Positions 45,006-46,334 of a DNA stretch of 46,334 nt are shown here, piece after piece (the stretch's first letter is position 1; each line of letters begins with the position of its first letter). Source of the DNA: Deltaproteobacteria bacterium UBA6930 (GTDB lineage Bacteria; Myxococcota_A; UBA9160; UBA6930). The notes beneath the pieces were generated by a model. It ran no database searches and had not been told where the DNA came from. It worked only from the letters and a program-made list of their open reading frames with translations. Location of the stretch: NCBI GenBank assembly GCA_002450755.1, contig DKAI01000073.1:1-46334 (forward strand). Direction: 5' to 3'. Both the position numbers and the translations under genes were made by a program.

Positions 45006-46334
45006 CTAAGTTCTCAAGTTAGCGACTAAATCGGCCGCGGTAGGCGAACTTTTCAGCAAATCTTCCACATGCTGCTTAGAGCCCTTTAGAGGTTCCGCCA
45101 TCAAAACCCTCTTTATCGGCTCCTCTCCTATTCCGAAGGATATTGAATCCCAATTCACACCGAATACCTGGCCCCCATATTTTCGGAGGCATTCTCCTCG
45201 AAAGTAAGCTCGCGTGTCCTCTGGTGGATTAATAATAGCAGTTTGAATTTCTTCATCGGTTACGATTCGTTCGACCTTTCCCTGTCTCTCCAGCAAATTG
45301 TATAGGCCCTTCTCCGGACGAAGGTCATGGTATTGCAAATCTAACATCTGTACTTGACTTGCATCCCAATCCAGATCCTTCCGATCCATAAAGCTCTCAA
45401 TCAACGAAAGTTTGATAACCCAGTCAATCTCGCGATTAAGATCTCTTGGCTCTTTTGCCAGCTTCGAAAGAACATATTCCCATTTTTTAACCAAGTCCTT
45501 TTGTTCGGCAGTTGCCTCGTACTTTAGGAAATACTTTTGAGCTAACTCCAAAAATTCGCCCTGCATTTCCACAGCAGTAAGCTTTCTCCCGTCCATCAAT
45601 TCAATAGGCAACCTGCAACTTACGTCCTGTGAAACATCTTTAATCGCCCGAACGGGATCTCGCAGAGAAAAGTCCTGACTTATTGCGCCGTCCTCAATCA
45701 TTTGCAGAACAAGAGCTGTCACCCCGTTTCTCAAAAATATCGTGTACTCGCTCATATTAGAGTCGCCCACAATTACGTGGAGGCGCCGATATTTTTCCCT
45801 ATCTGCGTGTGGCTCATCGCGAGTGTTGATTATTGGCCTTTTAACCATCGTATCTAAAGCAACCTCGGTCTCGAAGAAATCAGAGCGTTGACTTAACTGA
45901 TAATCACATGGCCTCCCTCGATTTTCGCTTCCCACCTTGCCTGATCCAGTAAACACCTGCCTAGTAACAAAAAAGGGGATGAGATGTCCTGCGATTTGCT
46001 TGAATGAAGTTTTCCTATCCATTAGGTAGTTTTCATGTGAACCGTAACTATTGCCCTTACGATCGCTGTTGTTTTTATAGAGCAACATCTTCGTTCCAGG
46101 AGGGAGCAAAGCATCCGCTTCTTGCCGCGATTTGTCTAAGACTTTTTCCCCTGCCTTTTCATGCATAACGAGTTCGCGCGCGTTGGTCACCTCAGGACAG
46201 GAGTATTCTGGATGGGCGTGATCAACGTAGTAACGCGCCCCATTTACGAGGGTCTTATTTCGGGCAATATTTTCTTGCTGATTAGGAGTGTACTTTTCAC
46301 CATCAACCTGAAAGCCTCTAGCATCAGCAAGTGG
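45006..46334 (-). CDS. dop: Pup deamidase/depupylase Dop. The 5' end runs off the right window edge, and the track ORF is truncated at an internal GTG.
   Basis: The reading frame stays open from 46190 to base 46334. My own translation of that part reads PLADARGFQVDGEKYTPNQQENIARNKTLVNGARYYVDHAHPEYSCPEVTNAREL... It matches Mtb Dop at PLRDARGF, NGARLYVDHAHPEYSAPE, LYKNN.D.KG.SYGSHENYLM, QLSQRSD, TRAYFRGECLR..G and EPL.GSK.HV. Its position upstream of pup matches the canonical order. Confidence 0.88.
   Translation of the reverse strand, partial: PLADARGFQVDGEKYTPNQQENIARNKTLVNGARYYVDHAHPEYSCPEVTNARELVMHEKAGEKVLDKSRQEADALLPPGTKMLLYKNNSDRKGNSYGSHENYLMDRKTSFKQIAGHLIPFFVTRQVFTGSGKVGSENRGRPCDYQLSQRSDFFETEVALDTMVKRPIINTRDEPHADREKYRRLHVIVGDSNMSEYTIFLRNGVTALVLQMIEDGAISQDFSLRDPVRAIKDVSQDVSCRLPIELMDGRKLTAVEMQGEFLELAQKYFLKYEATAEQKDLVKKWEYVLSKLAKEPRDLNREIDWVIKLSLIESFMDRKDLDWDASQVQMLDLQYHDLRPEKGLYNLLERQGKVERIVTDEEIQTAIINPPEDTRAYFRGECLRKYGGQVFGVNWDSISFGIGEEPIKRVLMAEPLKGSKQHVEDLLKSSPTAADLVANLRT

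Overview
This window is a densely coding, core-chromosome-like segment. I call 45 protein genes and one tRNA. I found no rRNA, CRISPR array, transposase, integrase, phage gene or recognisable defence module. Most genes are housekeeping: heme O synthase, PtsP, MoeA, NtrB/NtrC, ThiE/ThiD, an Mrp/ApbC Fe-S carrier, the rpsF-rpsR-rplI-dnaB block, PdxS/PdxT, NhaA, the ispE-tRNA(Gln)-prs-rplY block, BamD, IspG, AlaS, RecA, CinA, PgpA, RuvX and MltG. BamD, HldC (LPS heptose) and a DUF374 protein point to a diderm (Gram-negative type) host. Sigma-54-type NtrBC is also present.

The most notable content is a compact Pup-proteasome operon on the minus strand at the right end, in the order dop-pup-prcB-prcA-pafA. 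Its Pup ends in GGE. The dop gene runs off the window edge, so an mpa/arc ATPase may lie just beyond it. This system is known mainly from Actinobacteria and occurs only sporadically elsewhere, so it is unusual here but not a new system.

Smaller observations:
- DnaB has a C-terminal tip (FDEDPPF) that resembles the SSB tail.
- S6 carries a long acidic tail and S18 a basic N-terminal extension, with no ssb or priB between the two genes.
- egtB stands alone, with no egtD in the window.
- A PIP-synthase-like CDP-alcohol phosphatidyltransferase is translationally coupled to a DUF1844 gene.
- ntrB-ntrC-thiE-nupC form a tightly packed gene string.
- ptsP probably starts at an ATT codon.

Two real genes are missing or shortened in the ORF track because they are cut by the window edges: ctaB (1..870) and the 5' part of dop (to 46334). 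I did not find convincing evidence for a wholly undescribed system. All family assignments come from motif recognition by eye and need HMM or BLAST confirmation.
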